Shown in pieces: positions 63,025 through 64,000 of a DNA stretch of 64,000 nucleotides. The translations under genes and the position numbers were made by a program. Every line of letters begins with the position of its first letter. Position 1 is the first letter of the stretch. Origin of the DNA: Waterburya sp. (lineage in GTDB: Bacteria; Cyanobacteriota; Cyanobacteriia; Cyanobacteriales; Xenococcaceae); NCBI GenBank assembly GCA_965217895.1, contig CBDCJV010000002.1, positions 3,552,001 to 3,616,000 on the forward strand, read 5' to 3'. The notes beneath the pieces were generated by a model that saw nothing but the letters and a program-made list of their open reading frames with translations, had not been told where the DNA came from and searched no databases.

Positions 63025-64000
63025 CTAGTACGCGCCTTTGGCACGAAAAACTACTTGCACTGTTTGTAAAAGAATTTTGAAATCTAATCCTAAAGACCAA
63101 TTTTCGATATATTCAAAATCTAAATTGAATACCCCATCTGAGCCAGTATCTGAGCGTCCGCTAACTTGCCATAATCCAGTGATGCCAGGCAACACTTCTT
63201 GACGAAAAAAATGATTTTGAGTAAACTTAGCAACGTCTCTCACAGGAAAAGGTCGAGGTCCTACTAAGCTCATTTCCCCTCTTAAGACGTTAAATAGTTG
63301 AGGTAGCTCGTCTATACTGAACCGACGTAAATACTTTCCAACTCTGGTAATGCGAGGATCTTCTTTGATTTTAAATAAAATTCCACCCTTGATCTCATTT
63401 TGAGCTTCCAACTGATGCTGCAACTGGCTAGCATTGTCAACCATGGTGCGGAACTTCCAGATTTTAAAATGGTTGCCTTTTAAGCCAACTCGCGTTTGCT
63501 TGTAGAGAATTGACCCTGGAGAATCAAGCTTAATTATAGCTGCAATTACAAGCATTGGTAGACCAATAATCATTAACAAAATCAGTGAAACCAATATGTC
63601 AAAAATGCGTTTGCTGAAAAAATCAATGCCTACAATTGCTGAATGAGCAAATCTAATTGTGGGAACTCCCAAAATAGCGTCGATTTCTGCTTGTCTTGCT
63701 GGTAATTTAATATTGATTGGTAAGATTCGCCAATTGACACCAACAGTTCTAAGTTTCCAATATAAGCTAGTTGCACTCGCGATTGTTTCCCATGAACAGA
63801 TAAAAACCTCGTCAAGTTCTTTATAATCTACTCGGTCTAAAGCTAAGTATAAAGATTCATCATTGTCAAAATCTGATAAGTCCAATTGTCCTGCAATTAA
63901 ATAAACTTCGCTTGTTTCTAGCAAATGCTTAGATTTTTCTAACTCCTCAGAATTGCCAATCAACAATATTTTCTGCCGTAAAGGGTAATGTTTCTGGCGT
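63025..64000 (-). CDS. Priming sugar transferase (WcaJ/CpsE-like); its 5' end lies outside the window
   Basis: KRIFD, KFRTM, DPRITRVG..LR..SIDELPQL.NVL.GEMSLVGPRP, PGITGLWQVSGRS. Confidence 0.92.
   Translation of the reverse strand, partial: RQKHYPLRQKILLIGNSEELEKSKHLLETSEVYLIAGQLDLSDFDNDESLYLALDRVDYKELDEVFICSWETIASATSLYWKLRTVGVNWRILPINIKLPARQAEIDAILGVPTIRFAHSAIVGIDFFSKRIFDILVSLILLMIIGLPMLVIAAIIKLDSPGSILYKQTRVGLKGNHFKIWKFRTMVDNASQLQHQLEAQNEIKGGILFKIKEDPRITRVGKYLRRFSIDELPQLFNVLRGEMSLVGPRPFPVRDVAKFTQNHFFRQEVLPGITGLWQVSGRSDTGSDGVFNLDFEYIENWSLGLDFKILLQTVQVVFRAKGAY

Overview
A 64-kb chromosomal segment from a cyanobacterium. The HIP1 octamer GCGATCGC is very frequent. Phycoerythrin genes and the glucosylglycerol gene stpA suggest a halotolerant, possibly Pleurocapsales-like strain (inference). 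Most of the window is core or housekeeping genes: gatA, sbcC, pth, cpeBA-cpeZ, comF, stpA, dacB, hemF, queF, ycf39, holB, a CtaA-type Cu ATPase, glpK, ycf66 and psbX. It ends in a Wzx/Wzy/Wzc exopolysaccharide cluster with a Tat-exported GH10 hydrolase. The non-obvious content is: (1) a nitrogen-scavenging theme, comprising an NtcA promoter plus guanidine-I riboswitch ahead of a gdmH-like gene, and a split purine set (puuE; porin-NCS2 permease-truncated racemase) whose two promoters share an unnamed operator over the -10 box; (2) a porin gene interrupted by an in-frame TAG in the loop of a perfect 12-bp hairpin, where inverting the 3-nt loop would restore the full ORF; (3) many nested tiny palindromic repeats and MITEs, including a 108-nt in-frame insert in a GGDEF-EAL gene and several inside a dead ISAs1 element; (4) a helically phased DnaA-box-like array upstream of DUF2811; (5) a candidate anti-SD sRNA and a divergent NblA-like small protein. 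No CRISPR array, rRNA or tRNA was recognised. All calls were made by eye from the sequence and the ORF track; no database searches were run.
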